A stretch of DNA of 12,029 nt from Kofleriaceae bacterium (lineage in GTDB: Bacteria > Myxococcota_A > Polyangia > Haliangiales > Haliangiaceae): contig JBKJLC010000267.1 in the NCBI GenBank assembly GCA_046597055.1, positions 1-12,029 of the forward strand, read 5' to 3'. The notes beneath the pieces are model-generated. The model worked only from the letters and a program-made list of their open reading frames with translations. It did not search any database and was not told the origin of the DNA. This document shows, one piece after another, positions 11,283 to 12,029 of the stretch (position 1 is the first letter of the stretch; each line of letters opens with the position of its first letter). The position numbers and the translations under genes were made by a program.

Positions 11283-12029
11283 ATGGGCAACGAACCGGTC
11301 GACCCGACCGATTCTGTGGATCTCGCACGACGAGTCTCGGCGGTGGAGGCCGAGCTCTCGGCGCTGCGGACGTCGCACGCGATGTTCGAGGCGCTGGTCG
11401 AAAGCGTGCCCGACTTCGTCGTCCGCATCAGCCGCGATGCCACGTTTGAGTACGTCAATCGGCTGACGCCCGGCCTGACCCGCGAGCAGGTGCTGGGTCG
11501 CACCATCTTCGACTTCGCCGACCCGGAGCACCACGGCATGATCCGCGCCGCGCTGGAGCGGGTGCTCGCGACCGGCAAGCCGGCGTCGTACGAGGCGACC
11601 GGCCCCGGCGCGCGGGGCCCGTCCACGCCCTACGTCAACCGGCTCACGCCCATCCTCGAGAACGGCCAGGTCGTCGCGCTCACCCTCGTGGCCACCGACG
11701 TCTACGAGCTGAAGGAGTCGGCCCGTCGGCTCGCCGACCATCAGGATCGCCTCGAGCTGGCCGCCGAGGCGGCCCGCATCGGCTACTGGCACTGGGACGC
11801 CGCCCAGGACATCGTCCGGTGGGACCCGACCGCCTGCCAGCACCTGGGGGTATCTCCCGACGAGGGACGCACCACCTACCAGGGCTTCCTCGATCGGGTT
11901 CATCCCGGCGACCGGGACCGCATCCAGCAGGAGGTCGACCAGTCGGTGGCGCTCGGCCGCTACGTCGGGTTGCAGTTCCGGACCCTCACGCCCGCCGGCG
12001 AGCTTCGCTGGCTGATGACGGCCGGCCGG
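11283..12029 (+). CDS. PAS-PAS domain signal transduction protein, 3' truncated (likely a histidine kinase, but the output domain is outside the window); not in the ORF track
   Basis: 249 open codons to the window edge: MGNEPVDP...FEALVESVPDFVVRISRDATFEYVNR...EQVLGRTIFDF...ATDVYELK (PAS/PAC), then RLELAAEAARIGYWHWD...FLDRVHPGDRDRI...GELRWL (PAS_3-like). Confidence 0.9.
   Translation, partial: MGNEPVDPTDSVDLARRVSAVEAELSALRTSHAMFEALVESVPDFVVRISRDATFEYVNRLTPGLTREQVLGRTIFDFADPEHHGMIRAALERVLATGKPASYEATGPGARGPSTPYVNRLTPILENGQVVALTLVATDVYELKESARRLADHQDRLELAAEAARIGYWHWDAAQDIVRWDPTACQHLGVSPDEGRTTYQGFLDRVHPGDRDRIQQEVDQSVALGRYVGLQFRTLTPAGELRWLMTAGR

Overview
This is very GC-rich DNA, most likely from a myxobacterium (Myxococcota). 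That assignment is inferred from the Myxococcus-type Cys-rich repeats, a MYXO-CTERM-like tail, a TPR-PEGA protein and membrane Ser/Thr kinases. The core is a divergent locus. On the minus strand is a secreted TPR + 4x PEGA protein (774..2264). On the plus strand is a tightly coupled four-gene run: two paralogous Hanks-type kinases with one TM helix and C-terminal HEAT-like repeat solenoids (about 9 and about 19 repeats), a Cys-rich repeat lipoprotein, and a 4x Ig-like (ASH/choice-of-anchor D-like) surface protein. A PAS-PAS signalling gene runs off the right edge. The left end carries three things the ORF track misses: the 5' end of a probable RAYT-like Y1 transposase gene with a clear sigma70 promoter, a 170-nt non-coding three-stem inverted-repeat element built on TGTGG/CCACA motifs, and a 174-bp hexamer/nonamer microsatellite. 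Most other long ORFs in the track are GC-rich shadow frames. All family calls are by-eye motif recognition, with no database search.
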